Position numbers and translations under genes: made by a program. This document shows, piece by piece, positions 29,703-39,546 of a DNA stretch of 50,591 nucleotides (its first letter is position 1; every line of letters begins with the position of its first letter). Below the pieces are notes generated by a model. That model saw only the letters and a list, made by a program, of their open reading frames with translations. It was not told where the DNA came from and did no database searches. The stretch is from Nanobdellota archaeon (GTDB lineage: Archaea > Nanobdellota > Nanobdellia > Woesearchaeales > GW2011-AR9), in the NCBI GenBank assembly GCA_040751885.1, contig JBFMFP010000003.1, positions 1 to 50,591 on the forward strand, given 5' to 3'.

Positions 29703-30677
29703 TCAAAAATCATCAGGCAGAAAAACCATTTTATCTTCCGTCTTAAAGGCCACAAATTCATAAGATTCGATCATTCCGGGAAAAGTCTTTAATAAATCTT
29801 CCATAACGGCTTCAAAGTGTTCTAAACCTTTCGCTTTTAATTCAATTTCAAAGTCTGCTCCCCCTATGGTTTTATTCACTGTGATCATATAAGGGTTCTT
29901 TTTACAATATTCATACAGCTTATTATATTCGTCCCATCTCGTGAACTTCAAATAGGTTTTATAAAATCTATACCCTAATTTCTTTTCATTAAACCAAATT
30001 TTATACCCCACTATGACTTTTCTCTTCTCAAGAGCCTCAATTCTTCTTTTTACCATTCCTCTTGAAATATTTAATTTTTTTTCCAAGTCAAGATAGCTGA
30101 ATCTGGCATTTTTGCTTATGGCTTTGAGTATTTTTTTATCAGTGTCGTCAATTTTTACCGGTCCGCGGGAAAGCAGGCTATACTGCATTTCATTTTTAGT
30201 ATCATCAATTAAAAATTTAGAAGGATACCAAATTAAATTTCTATAATAAATAACAGAATAATCTTTAAACAAATGCCCGTGCCTTTTCAAAATTTTCTCC
30301 CAATATTTATTGAAATCATCAACACTTCTGAGAGCAATGGCATAACAGACATTCCATACCCCTTCAGCATGACCATACCACCAGGGTTCCATATCTGCAA
30401 CCATTTGTTTAATCATATTTCCTCTTTCTTCTTCAGTTATGCTCTTTAATTTTAGATTTATCCTGAAAGCACAGTACCCCAACGTGCTAATGTCTACAAT
30501 TGTATTATATCCAAGAATAATCTTTTCTTCAGTAAGTTTCTTTATTCTGTAATCTATAAATTGCTTGGATTTTCTGAGTTTTTTAGCTATTTCACTAGTG
30601 GGAACGCGAGCATTCTTATCCAGCTCGTAGAGTATTTTTCGACCAATTAAATCTATTTTTGCTATTTTTTGAGCCAT
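29703..30677 (-). CDS. Tandem (double) Lrp/AsnC transcriptional regulator
   Basis: Two repeats of ID..D.KIL..L..NAR....I.K.L; divergent from the radical SAM pair. Confidence 0.88.
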   Translation of the reverse strand: MAQKIAKIDLIGRKILYELDKNARVPTSEIAKKLRKSKQFIDYRIKKLTEEKIILGYNTIVDISTLGYCAFRINLKLKSITEEERGNMIKQMVADMEPWWYGHAEGVWNVCYAIALRSVDDFNKYWEKILKRHGHLFKDYSVIYYRNLIWYPSKFLIDDTKNEMQYSLLSRGPVKIDDTDKKILKAISKNARFSYLDLEKKLNISRGMVKRRIEALEKRKVIVGYKIWFNEKKLGYRFYKTYLKFTRWDEYNKLYEYCKKNPYMITVNKTIGGADFEIELKAKGLEHFEAVMEDLLKTFPGMIESYEFVAFKTEDKMVFLPDDF

Positions 30678-30833
30678 TCTCTTCCAATAGTTAAGATTAT
30701 ATTTAAATCTTTGGTTATTTTTTTTGTTTATTGTTTAATTTTTACAGTACTGTTAATACAATTGTAAAGAAATTTGATAAATAAATTTATATACTTGCTT
30801 TGAGGTAATGTTGTTATTATCAAGTGATTAATG

Positions 30834-30870
30834 TAGTAAAAGTGATATAGTAAAAGTGATATAGTAAAAG
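30834..30870. repeat. 14-bp tandem repeat, ~2.6 copies, before the radical SAM start
   Basis: tagtaaaagtgata x2 plus tagtaaaag. Confidence 0.8.
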
Positions 30871-30878
30871 GTAATAGC

Positions 30879-32291
30879 ATGGCAAAAAAATTCGCAGGAA
30901 TAATCATCAACGAAACCCCGGAAGATGTAGATAAATCTCTCTACTCTACGGAGCCCCTCGGTTTGGAGTACGCTCTTGCCGCTGCTCAAGCCGAAGGCTG
31001 GGAAGTTAAATTATTTGATAATATGATGTTTTCAGGAAGAGAAGAATTTTTAGAAGCGATTAAAAGATACCAACCGCATGTAGCCGGTTTTTCGGTTTTT
31101 GACAACTCCAGAAACAGCTCTTTAACAGTTGCAAGAGCCTTAAAAGAACAAAAAGCAACAACTTTGTTTGGTGGCTATCATCCCTCAGCCTGCCCGGAAA
31201 TAGCTCTGAAAGAAGAAGTTGATTTTGTTATTGCCGGAGAAGCGGAAAGAACCCTGCCAAAGCTGCTACAGAGCTTAGATAATTATGAACAAAAACCAAA
31301 AATAGCAAATCTGGCGTATAAAGAAAATGGAAAACTTCATTTTAACAGAGAAAATAACAGAGAAAAAGAAAGAGGCAATTTGCCTTATTATTTACCTATC
31401 AGAAATCAATTCTATCTGCGTCAAAAAGATACTTGCTTAAATTATCCTGCGCCTTCAGATCAAACAGGAGTAGCACATATATCTATTAACAGAGGCTGTG
31501 CAAATAGATGCTATTATTGCTCCAGCACTTCAGTTTATGGTAATTCAGTCAGCAAAGGAAATATGGAAATGGGAATCAGAGAAATTGAAGAGCTAAGACG
31601 GAGGGGGGTGAATTTAATTATTGTTGATGACCTTAACTTTGCCCAAAATGAAAGATTCGCTGAAGAATTTTATCAAAAAATGAGAAATGTCAATTCTAAT
31701 TCCGATACAAGACTTTCTTTTGAAGTTTTTGGAAATGTGGAAAGAACAACTTCTCGTATAATTAATTTGCTATACGGAGCAGGAGTAAGGAAAATTGGCT
31801 TTGGAATAGAATCTTTAAATGAAGAAGTTTTAAGATTTATGAGACGAGAGGTAAATTTTTCAAAATTAAAAGCTATTTTGGAGCAGGATTATGAACTAGG
31901 AATTCTCACTACCTGTTTTTATCAGGTAGGCTATCCGCAGGATACCAAAGATACGATAAACGAAAATTTTGCCAGACTGATTGGTGAACAATTGTTCATC
32001 CCCAGAATCAGAATTTCTGTTGCCACCCCCACTTCCGGAAGCCCTTGGTATAAGCAACTGAAAGTTGATAATCCTGAATGGCCAAGAGAAGAAAACTGGC
32101 CTATGTTTGATTGCGAACATCTCGTTTATTCTCATTCTTCTTTGAAACCTGAAGAGATTGGAGCTTTAAGGAACGAAATGGAAAAGAAATACTACCAAAG
32201 TGACTTTTATCGAAGAAGTCTGGATTTATTTGTAAGAAAACATCCTCATCTTAAAAAAGTATTTGAGGAATGCCGAGAAAAAAATGAATAA
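30879..32291 (+). CDS. B12-binding-domain radical SAM protein
   Basis: EPLGL, GGYHPS, GEAE, RGCANRCYYC, GIES. Confidence 0.9.
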   Translation: MAKKFAGIIINETPEDVDKSLYSTEPLGLEYALAAAQAEGWEVKLFDNMMFSGREEFLEAIKRYQPHVAGFSVFDNSRNSSLTVARALKEQKATTLFGGYHPSACPEIALKEEVDFVIAGEAERTLPKLLQSLDNYEQKPKIANLAYKENGKLHFNRENNREKERGNLPYYLPIRNQFYLRQKDTCLNYPAPSDQTGVAHISINRGCANRCYYCSSTSVYGNSVSKGNMEMGIREIEELRRRGVNLIIVDDLNFAQNERFAEEFYQKMRNVNSNSDTRLSFEVFGNVERTTSRIINLLYGAGVRKIGFGIESLNEEVLRFMRREVNFSKLKAILEQDYELGILTTCFYQVGYPQDTKDTINENFARLIGEQLFIPRIRISVATPTSGSPWYKQLKVDNPEWPREENWPMFDCEHLVYSHSSLKPEEIGALRNEMEKKYYQSDFYRRSLDLFVRKHPHLKKVFEECREKNE

Positions 32292-33896
32292 AAAAAAAGA
32301 ATAAGCTTAATCAAACCGCACCATTACAGCTGCTCCGTTTATGGTCTTATTAGGGCTGCCCAACCTTTAGGCATCTGGCAACTGGGAAGCTATCTTCAAT
32401 CCAGAGGGTATGAAGTTCAGATTATTGACAGTGTTAACGAAGGTTGGAATAATATGTCTTTTATTCCTAACGTATCCTTTCTTGAACATAGCAAGCCCTA
32501 CGATCATTTAGAATCCCTCAGAACCAAAATGAGAGATTTTGAAAATCTTTCTATTGACGACTTCATGACCAAACATCCTATTGTTGATCAAAAAGGCAAT
32601 ATCAGAAGAACTTTAGTCAGAACCGGCCTTGATAATGTTGATGTAGTTGAAAAGGTCAAAGATTTTAATCCTGATTTAATTGGAATCAGCATAGTTTACA
32701 CCTGCGACCATAGAAGTGCAATCAATCTTGCTCGGAGCTTGAGAAGAGCTTTTCCCAACAAAAAGATAATTGCAGGAGGACAGCATGCTACTGACTTGCC
32801 TGCAGCAGTTTTGCATGACGGTGAAGGAAGCATTGATTTGGTGGTTAGAGGATATGGAGAAGTAACCTTAGAAGCTTTACTGAAAGGCGAGTGTCCACAA
32901 AAAGGTTTAGCTTACTTTAAAGATGGAATTGTTATTGAACAAGATCTTCCTCAACCTACCAATTTGAATATATTACCCCCTTTAAATCCAAAACTATTGG
33001 AGCATGTTGATTATTCATCAACTCCTAAACATTCTTATTCCACTAACGGAAGAAAATGGAGCGATTATATGCTTTCCTTTGGCTGCCATAATAAATGTGA
33101 TTTTTGCAGGCAGGGCACTATTCTGGATGGTTATCGTCATTTTTCCTTAGAACAAGTTGAAGAGCAATTAAAATTATTCAAAGAGCATGGTTATGAAGAA
33201 CTAATATTACAAGACGATAGTTTATTAGGCTGCTCAAAAGGATGTAAAAAAAACAATGGCAGGGAATTCTTTTTTGAAGCTATTAAACTCCTCAAACAGT
33301 ATAACTTTTACTGGCATGATAATGGTGGTGTTGAATTTGAAGAACTGGATGATAAAATAGTTGATGAAATTTTAAGATGGAATGATGCTCCGGGGGATTC
33401 GCGCTGTACTGCACTTTATGTTCCTTTTAATCCCAGATTCATTAAAGACAATAGAGTAGTTGAAAAGCTATGGAAAAAACCGCAACGGTTTGAATTGCTC
33501 AAACGATTAAAGAACAGCGGCATTTATACCTTTACTTCTGGGATTTGGGGCCGTTGCGAGCAGGACGTTGCAGATATGAAAGCTGATGAAGAAGGATATA
33601 AAGAGCTTATGGCAAATGGTTATCTTGACCAGACAGTTATTTTTGCTTTGGCCTATCTGCCCGCTACGGAAGATTGGAGAAAATATGCCCATCAAATTGT
33701 TGATATTCGCGATTGGGAAGGTTTCTCCATCTTTATTCCCCACGCTTGTACCAGCAAAGCCTCATTTGCTGATGTTACCCGTTGTGTTTTAGAAGCAAAT
33801 AAAGCTTTGAATAACTATCAGCCCTATGTTGAGCCTTGGGCTAGCTCCTTTCCCCGCAGATATTATGACCTGGAAAAGTCGGTGATTGTAGAATGA
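32284..33896 (+). CDS. B12-binding-domain radical SAM protein, frameshifted in an A9 tract after the start
   Basis: Upstream in-frame RISLIKP...QPLGIWQLGSYLQSRGYEVQIID joins ORF 32454; GGQHAT, GCHNKCDFC; ATG 32284 is out of frame by one base. Confidence 0.8.
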
Positions 33897-34024
33897 TAAA
33901 ATTCCAGCTTTTTGCTAAGGAAAAACTATTTTTAGTATTGTTTGGCAAAAATATTAAAGGGATAATTTATAATGAAGACCTCAACTGGCACCTCTTACTG
34001 TTTGTCGTCGTTAGGGTGGGGGCG

Positions 34025-34501
34025 CTATTTTTCTAGTACGAGTTTAATGTTTTTGATGAAAGTCATTGCGTTCTGTATTGACTACTCTGCCGGTTCTTTG
34101 TTCGCCTGAGGAATAGTTTGATAAGTGAAATGCCCTCGCTTCCATTTCTCATCTTTAAAGATTTGGAGAAGTTCATCCGCTCGGACTATCATATTTTGAT
34201 AAATCTTAAGTAATTCTATATCAAGAATTCCTGTTTTTACAAAATTTTCTTCAAATGCTGCATAAGTTTTCTTATGAACATCAGGCATTTCTGTTTCGAT
34301 ATTTTTTGTAAGGAGAATCGCTTTTGCCCCATAAAATATCCCGTAGTAAGAATGTGAGATTACTGAGCTGAAGAATGTTGTTTCTTCCTCTATTTGGAAC
34401 TCTTGTTTCTTCTTTTGGTCGTTGGAAATAGCGAATAATAATTTTGCAGCGCTGATTTCATTAAGCGCTCTTTGCAAGTAGATTTTAGCCATTGAATCCA
34501 T
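34025..34501 (-). pseudogene. HEPN-domain protein with a premature TAG
   Basis: SYYGIFY.AKA.L, RGHFTY; TAG at 34082-34084 followed in frame by SIQNAMTFIKNIKLVLEK*. Confidence 0.75.
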
Positions 34502-35126
34502 GTTCGATCGCCTCTATTAATATTAAATAATATGCTTTTCCCCCAGTTATTATTAAATTATTTCGTGCAATTTCTTTCCCATAGTTTTCTTCTTTAGTTG
34601 TGAGCATTTGATAAAATTGTTCTTGCGTAAATACGTAAGGATGAACTTCTGGAATCATTAGCTCAGACTCTAGTTTTATTTGAGATACAATAGCATTAGG
34701 TTCTTGTTTACTATCGCAAATGATAACCACATCTAAATCAGAGGTTTCTTTTTGCTTAGCTTTGGCATAGCTTCCGGTAACAATAAAGACATAGAAAGCA
34801 ATTTTTAGTTTGTTGATAATTTTTTGAATGTTTTTGTGAGGAAGGTGTTTGGCTCTATTTGCATGGTATTCTACAACAAAACCGATGGTGTTTAATGATG
34901 ATATATTTTTGATTAAAGAATAAGTAAGATTGTTACCAACTTTTTGCTCTTGAAGAATCCCAGAGGTAACAAAGCGCTTAAGGGATGTATGGACATAGTT
35001 ATCCGACTTATTACGAGAGAGTTTTTTAACCTCTTTAAATGTAAATTTCTTCCACGCTTCTTTTGCGAAGGGTTCAAGTAAAGTATATTCTTTGGTGAGC
35101 ATCTTCCAATTTTCAGGAATGATCAT
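34485..35126 (-). CDS. wHTH plus MNT nucleotidyltransferase (antitoxin partner of HEPN)
   Basis: IVTGSYAK...SDLDVVII; overlaps the HEPN start. Confidence 0.87.
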   Translation of the reverse strand: MIIPENWKMLTKEYTLLEPFAKEAWKKFTFKEVKKLSRNKSDNYVHTSLKRFVTSGILQEQKVGNNLTYSLIKNISSLNTIGFVVEYHANRAKHLPHKNIQKIINKLKIAFYVFIVTGSYAKAKQKETSDLDVVIICDSKQEPNAIVSQIKLESELMIPEVHPYVFTQEQFYQMLTTKEENYGKEIARNNLIITGGKAYYLILIEAIEHGFNG

Positions 35127-35287
35127 TCCTATTAAGTGGAATTATATAAACATTTCTAAATTTAAGCGTAACTTGCAAGTAGCAAAATGCAAAAAGAATA
35201 AAGTATCTATAAACCAAAAATTTTTAAATTATTTCCTAAAAAAGAGGAAACTTTTTAATAAAATTTTCCTAAAAAAGAGGAAAAGTT

Positions 35288-35842
35288 TCACCCCAGCCCA
35301 AACTCTTTCACTACTTTATAAACTGGTCCTTCCTTGGTCAGCTCGCTTTCACATAAAACAACTTTATCCACAATCATTTCGCCAAACTCCTCGTGGGCAA
35401 ACTTCCTGACAAAATCCTGCAATTTGTCTTTATTTTTACCTGACTTTACCCGGGCAAGGGTTAAATGGGACTGCTCTCCATGCTCTTCTTTTCTTATGTA
35501 ATTTAACTGCTTATTTATTCTCTTCATCAAAGGAAGCATCAGGGAATTGCCTGTGCCCAGCCAAAGGACATTAATGCGGTTTATATCCGGAAAGACCCCT
35601 ACACCCTTTATTTTAACAGGAAACTTTGCACAGCTTCCAGCTGCCTTTTTTACTTTTTCTTTTATCTCCGCTATCTTGCCTTCTTCAACATCTCCTAAAA
35701 ACTTGAGCGTAAAATGTAAATTTTCCACAGAAACCAATTTCAAATCGGCAGCAGTCTGCTTCAATTCCTCAATCAAAAATTTAATATTCTCTTTAATCTC
35801 AATGGAAAGAGGTATGCCGATAAAAAGTCTTTTTGTAACCAT
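35288..35842 (-). CDS. thpR: RNA 2',3'-cyclic phosphodiesterase (2H family)
   Basis: RLFIGI, HFTLKFLG, HLTLAR, GPVY. Confidence 0.93.
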   Translation of the reverse strand: MVTKRLFIGIPLSIEIKENIKFLIEELKQTAADLKLVSVENLHFTLKFLGDVEEGKIAEIKEKVKKAAGSCAKFPVKIKGVGVFPDINRINVLWLGTGNSLMLPLMKRINKQLNYIRKEEHGEQSHLTLARVKSGKNKDKLQDFVRKFAHEEFGEMIVDKVVLCESELTKEGPVYKVVKEFGLG

Positions 35843-35872
35843 GGTGCCTAAAAATAATTTACAAAAAAAGCC

Positions 35873-36184
35873 TTAGTTCTCCCCAAAATCTTCCGTATCT
35901 TCATACTCTTCCTGCGGCTGCTCATCTTCTTTTTCCAGCTCTTCCTTGCGGACAGTAGCAAACTTAGGCTCCCTTACCGGCTTTTCTGAGCCGCTAACAA
36001 CTTCAGCAAATCCTACTTTTGCCAGAACTCTTGTTACTCTAACTTTTACATAATCTCCTTTTTTGGCATTGGGCACAAACAAAACAAACCCCTTAACTTT
36101 AGCTATGCCGTCTCCCTTTCCACCAACGGCAGTTATATTCACATCGTAGATTTCTCCTACTTTAACTGGTGGTTGCTCATCCAT
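35873..36184 (-). CDS. Single TRAM-domain protein with acidic tail
   Basis: PPVKVGE.Y.V.I...G.KGDGIAKV.GFVLFVP; GAGGAGGT SD. Confidence 0.9.
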   Translation of the reverse strand: MDEQPPVKVGEIYDVNITAVGGKGDGIAKVKGFVLFVPNAKKGDYVKVRVTRVLAKVGFAEVVSGSEKPVREPKFATVRKEELEKEDEQPQEEYEDTEDFGEN

Positions 36185-36205
36185 TTAGTTTATACCTCCT
36201 CTTAT

Positions 36206-36304
36206 ATTTAAACTATTTAAACTATTTAGACTATTTAGACTATTTAGACTATTTAGACTATTTAAACTATTTAAACTATTTAGACTATTTAAACTATTTA
36301 GACT
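36206..36304. repeat. 9-bp tandem repeat ATTTARACT x11
   Basis: Eleven contiguous units differing only at one A/G position. Confidence 0.95.
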
Positions 36305-36603
36305 TATTAAACTCATTTTTAGACTAGTTTTTATTTTCGTAAATAAAGTATGAAAAGCTTTATTTACGGCTGAAAAATTTTTAATTTTTCTTGTAGTTTT
36401 ACTTCTATTTATTCTCATCTCTACACAAGAATTAGATGGTTGCATTGGACTTATTATTCATGACTTCAAGCTATAAAGAACGATATTTTATATAAATGTT
36501 TTGCCGGGAAAAATAAATTTTAAAATAAAAGAAATTCTATCACAGTAAAAGAAATTCTATCAAAAAAGTGCAAAAAAAAGAAAAAACAAAAACTCTTCCA
36601 GAA

Positions 36604-37611
36604 CTAAGCAACATCCCTTAGTCCACCTTCGGTAACTTCAAACACAGCTTCGCCGTCAGGAAGAGCCGGTGCGTCAATGAGCTTGGCAACCCTGGTCCCT
36701 TTCTTTCCTTTCCTTAGGTAAACTCTGTAAGTAGAGGCATGGGCAACAATATGCCCGCCGATGGAAGTGGTCGGATCACCAAAAAACATATCCGGCTTAG
36801 CCATGACCTGGTTGGTTACATAAACACAAATATTGTAAGCTCCGGCAATCCTGGCTAAAGTGTGCATGTGCCTGTTTAACTTCTGCTGCCTTTCCGCTAA
36901 AGTTCCCCGGCCAATGAATTCGGCACGGAAATGAGCCGTTAACGAATCAACAACCACCAGGCGGACGTTCTTCTTCTGCTCAGTGATCAGGCTTTCTATT
37001 TTTTCGGTCAAAAGCATCTGGTGATCCGAATTATAAGCTCGGGCAACCATAATGCTGTTAAGAACCTCATTGGCGTCCAAACCTGCTCCCTGCGCAAACT
37101 GAATAATCCTCTCCGGACGGAAAGTATTCTCAGTGTCAATGTAAACTACTGTTGCGTTAGGATCAGTTTTGAGCTGGTTGACAGCAATTAAGTGTCCAAT
37201 CTGTGTTTTTCCTGAGCCAAATTCACCGAAACATTCAGTAATAGAGCCTGTTTCAAAGCCCCCGCCCATCAGGGCATCAAAATTTACTGAGCCGGTGGAA
37301 ACTTTAGCGACGCTTTCCCTTTTGTGCAGCACGTCCATTCCCGTTTCAAAGCCCATTTTCATGCTCTCGCGGGCAGCATTGATCATTTTTCTGGCTACTA
37401 ACTCTGAAACTCCAGTAATCTCTACTATTTCGCCTATGGTGGATACAGCAATAGCCAGCAAATCCTTATAGCCCGCCCCTTCCAGCTTTTCCGCTGTTGC
37501 CGCTCCTACACCCGGCAAGTCCTGTATAGTCAATTTTTCCATTTTCAATTGCTTTGGAGCACTTTCCTTTTTTAAAGTTTCTAATTCCTGCTTAGTCTCT
37601 TGCTTAGTCAT
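36604..37611 (-). CDS. radA: DNA repair and recombination protein RadA
   Basis: N-terminal HhH (DLPGVG), [31 protein letters not shown]; start after GGAGGT SD. Confidence 0.96.
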   Translation of the reverse strand: MTKQETKQELETLKKESAPKQLKMEKLTIQDLPGVGAATAEKLEGAGYKDLLAIAVSTIGEIVEITGVSELVARKMINAARESMKMGFETGMDVLHKRESVAKVSTGSVNFDALMGGGFETGSITECFGEFGSGKTQIGHLIAVNQLKTDPNATVVYIDTENTFRPERIIQFAQGAGLDANEVLNSIMVARAYNSDHQMLLTEKIESLITEQKKNVRLVVVDSLTAHFRAEFIGRGTLAERQQKLNRHMHTLARIAGAYNICVYVTNQVMAKPDMFFGDPTTSIGGHIVAHASTYRVYLRKGKKGTRVAKLIDAPALPDGEAVFEVTEGGLRDVA

Positions 37612-37612
37612 T

Positions 37613-37930
37613 TTAATTACCTCCCTTAAATAGATTTTGCTCATTGAAAACCAGATACTCATAGGCTTTCTCTAAAACCACTTTTGCTTTAGGCAAGTCA
37701 TTAATGCGCATGGTATTAGTATTCTGCCACTTGCCCTCCTTGTTTGTATAACTCCTTTCAATAGAGATAGTTCTATACTCAGACTCTTCCCCATTGACTT
37801 TTTGGCCCTTATTGAGCCAAACCGTGGCAGAAACAGCTCCTGCTCTAAACTTCTTTTCAGGAAGGTTTCCTGCTGGAGCTCCCTGCATTTGTGCGCTTTG
37901 CGCTATTGGTGTTGTTTGCATTCTATACAC
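37613..37930 (-). CDS. Small conserved-looking protein immediately upstream of radA; possibly ssDNA-binding
   Basis: [16 protein letters not shown]...SIERSY..KEGKW..T..M..NDLP; stop codon 1 nt before the radA ATG. Confidence 0.7.
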   Translation of the reverse strand: MYRMQTTPIAQSAQMQGAPAGNLPEKKFRAGAVSATVWLNKGQKVNGEESEYRTISIERSYTNKEGKWQNTNTMRINDLPKAKVVLEKAYEYLVFNEQNLFKGGN

Positions 37931-38329
37931 CTCTTTTCCTTTCGGTTTTTATTTCAGACCAGCTGCAATTATGCAGATGGCGAGGGCAACTAACTTCAAC
38001 TGCAATTGTTTAATTGCGATTGTTTAACTGTAATTGTTTGACTACAATCTTACAATTTTCATTTAGTTGCAATAATCCCTAAAACAGAGCTCCTTTTTAT
38101 TTTCCACCCGCAGCTGTCCAGTGGGTTGTGGCTAGGGCAATTTTGCAGCATTAGGGCTTAAAAAGGCAGTTTTTCCGCTCATTAGGCTTTTTGGAAGCTC
38201 TTGGGAAGGGTGTCCAGTGGCTACTTGACTAAGAAACTTAACCAGCCTAACCCTTTATGTGGCAACATTGACGCACGGGAGGGTAGAAATAATTAAATAG
38301 CTCTGGTAGTTAAAGAGTCAAAGAACAAA

Positions 38330-38998
38330 ATGGCTCGTTTTGACCCTCTTCCAGAACCGCTTTCCACCATAATCCTAAACGCAGTTAAAGAGCATCACCG
38401 GCAGTTAGGTATCGGAACATTAGCTCTAGTGCTGAAAGGCTCTAAAAACAAGCTTCTGCAAAATAGGAAATTATACAATTCCAATTTTTTCGGTGCATTG
38501 TTTTACTATTCTATTGATACGATTGAGAATTTCATCAAACAATTAATTGAACAGAAAATGATAACTGTTGTTCAGGTAACCGGTAATCCTTATCCTTTGC
38601 CTCTCTTGGAATTAAGTGAAGAGGGAAAATTAATTCTAAGCAATAAGATAAATCTTCCTTTGGAGCTAAAGAGAAATTTTAAGCCCGTAGTTCTTAATGA
38701 TTCCACCCGGGAAACGTTAAGAGTATTCTTGGAAACAAAAGATATCCCTAAAACTTCCCGGATTAGAAATTTAGCGGAAAGCACCATCTGGAAGCATTTA
38801 ACTGATTTAGTGAAGTTGGGGCAATTGAGCGCAGGAGAGATAGTAGAGAAAGAAAAGATGCAGCAGATTTTAGAGCTCAGAAACGAGTTGCCGGAAGCCA
38901 GATTAAAAGAGCTGAAGGAAAAGCTACCGGAGGATATTTCTTATGAGGAGATAAGATGCGTGCTGGCGGAGGGAATAAAGAAAGTACAAAATGGTTAA
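38330..38998 (+). CDS. RecQ C-terminal modules only (RQC winged helix plus C-terminal HTH)
   Basis: G...LALVLKGS..K...FGAL; RNLAESTIWKHL; LKELKE.LP..ISYEEIR. Confidence 0.72.
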   Translation: MARFDPLPEPLSTIILNAVKEHHRQLGIGTLALVLKGSKNKLLQNRKLYNSNFFGALFYYSIDTIENFIKQLIEQKMITVVQVTGNPYPLPLLELSEEGKLILSNKINLPLELKRNFKPVVLNDSTRETLRVFLETKDIPKTSRIRNLAESTIWKHLTDLVKLGQLSAGEIVEKEKMQQILELRNELPEARLKELKEKLPEDISYEEIRCVLAEGIKKVQNG

Positions 38999-39009
38999 GT
39001 GCACAAACA

Positions 39010-39417
39010 ATGGCTTTGCTTAATTTTACTTGTAATAAATGTAACTTGGGCTTTGAGCAGGAAGCAGGAGAAGTGAGTTTCCCTACGCCCACTAGGATTT
39101 CTATAGAAAAAGGAGATGATTGTAGTTTTAAATGGGCTTTATTCTCTTTCGTCTTAGATTATACTTTTCTTAAAACCCGCAGTGAAGAGCTAATTGAGCC
39201 ACAGGAGGCCGAATCCATCACCAAAACAATCCCGCTAGAAATTATCAATTCTTTTAGAGAAAGGCACATAGAAATGAAAAAAGAGATTTTTCCTGTTATC
39301 TCTAAAAAGTTGGAAAGTTCAACTCCTAAAAATCTTCTTATCCCGACCATTAAACTCGGCCGTAACGATCTTTGTTGGTGTGGTTCCGGATTAAAATACA
39401 AAAGATGTTGTTTATAG
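39010..39417 (+). CDS. SEC-C motif protein (possibly a remnant)
   Basis: N-terminal CNKC; C-terminal LGRNDLCWCGSGLKYKRCC; start uncertain. Confidence 0.6.
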   Translation: MALLNFTCNKCNLGFEQEAGEVSFPTPTRISIEKGDDCSFKWALFSFVLDYTFLKTRSEELIEPQEAESITKTIPLEIINSFRERHIEMKKEIFPVISKKLESSTPKNLLIPTIKLGRNDLCWCGSGLKYKRCCL

Positions 39418-39546
39418 TAAATCTCAAAAGTAATGAAACATTACACCATGAAATTTACTGTTATAGCGAATCTTACAAATGTTCAATAATTAATGAGATT
39501 TGCTATTAGATAAAGATATTCAGGAGACAGGCCGGGCTAGAAGAGT

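Noticed and set aside
30879-33896. A single fused radical SAM protein by readthrough of TAA 32289-32291 (both ORFs share a frame)
   Set aside because: An overlapping ATG at 32284 plus a one-base homopolymer indel is a simpler explanation.
33970-34024. Integron attC site after the HEPN gene
   Set aside because: A CCTAAC is present, but there is no properly spaced GTTRRRY with complementary L boxes, and no integrase.
17319-34084. Amber (TAG) recoding, suggested by in-frame TAGs in the transposase and HEPN genes
   Set aside because: TAG ends conserved genes at the expected positions (radA, FNR-like FERYS*, trxB). Both affected genes are typical targets of decay.
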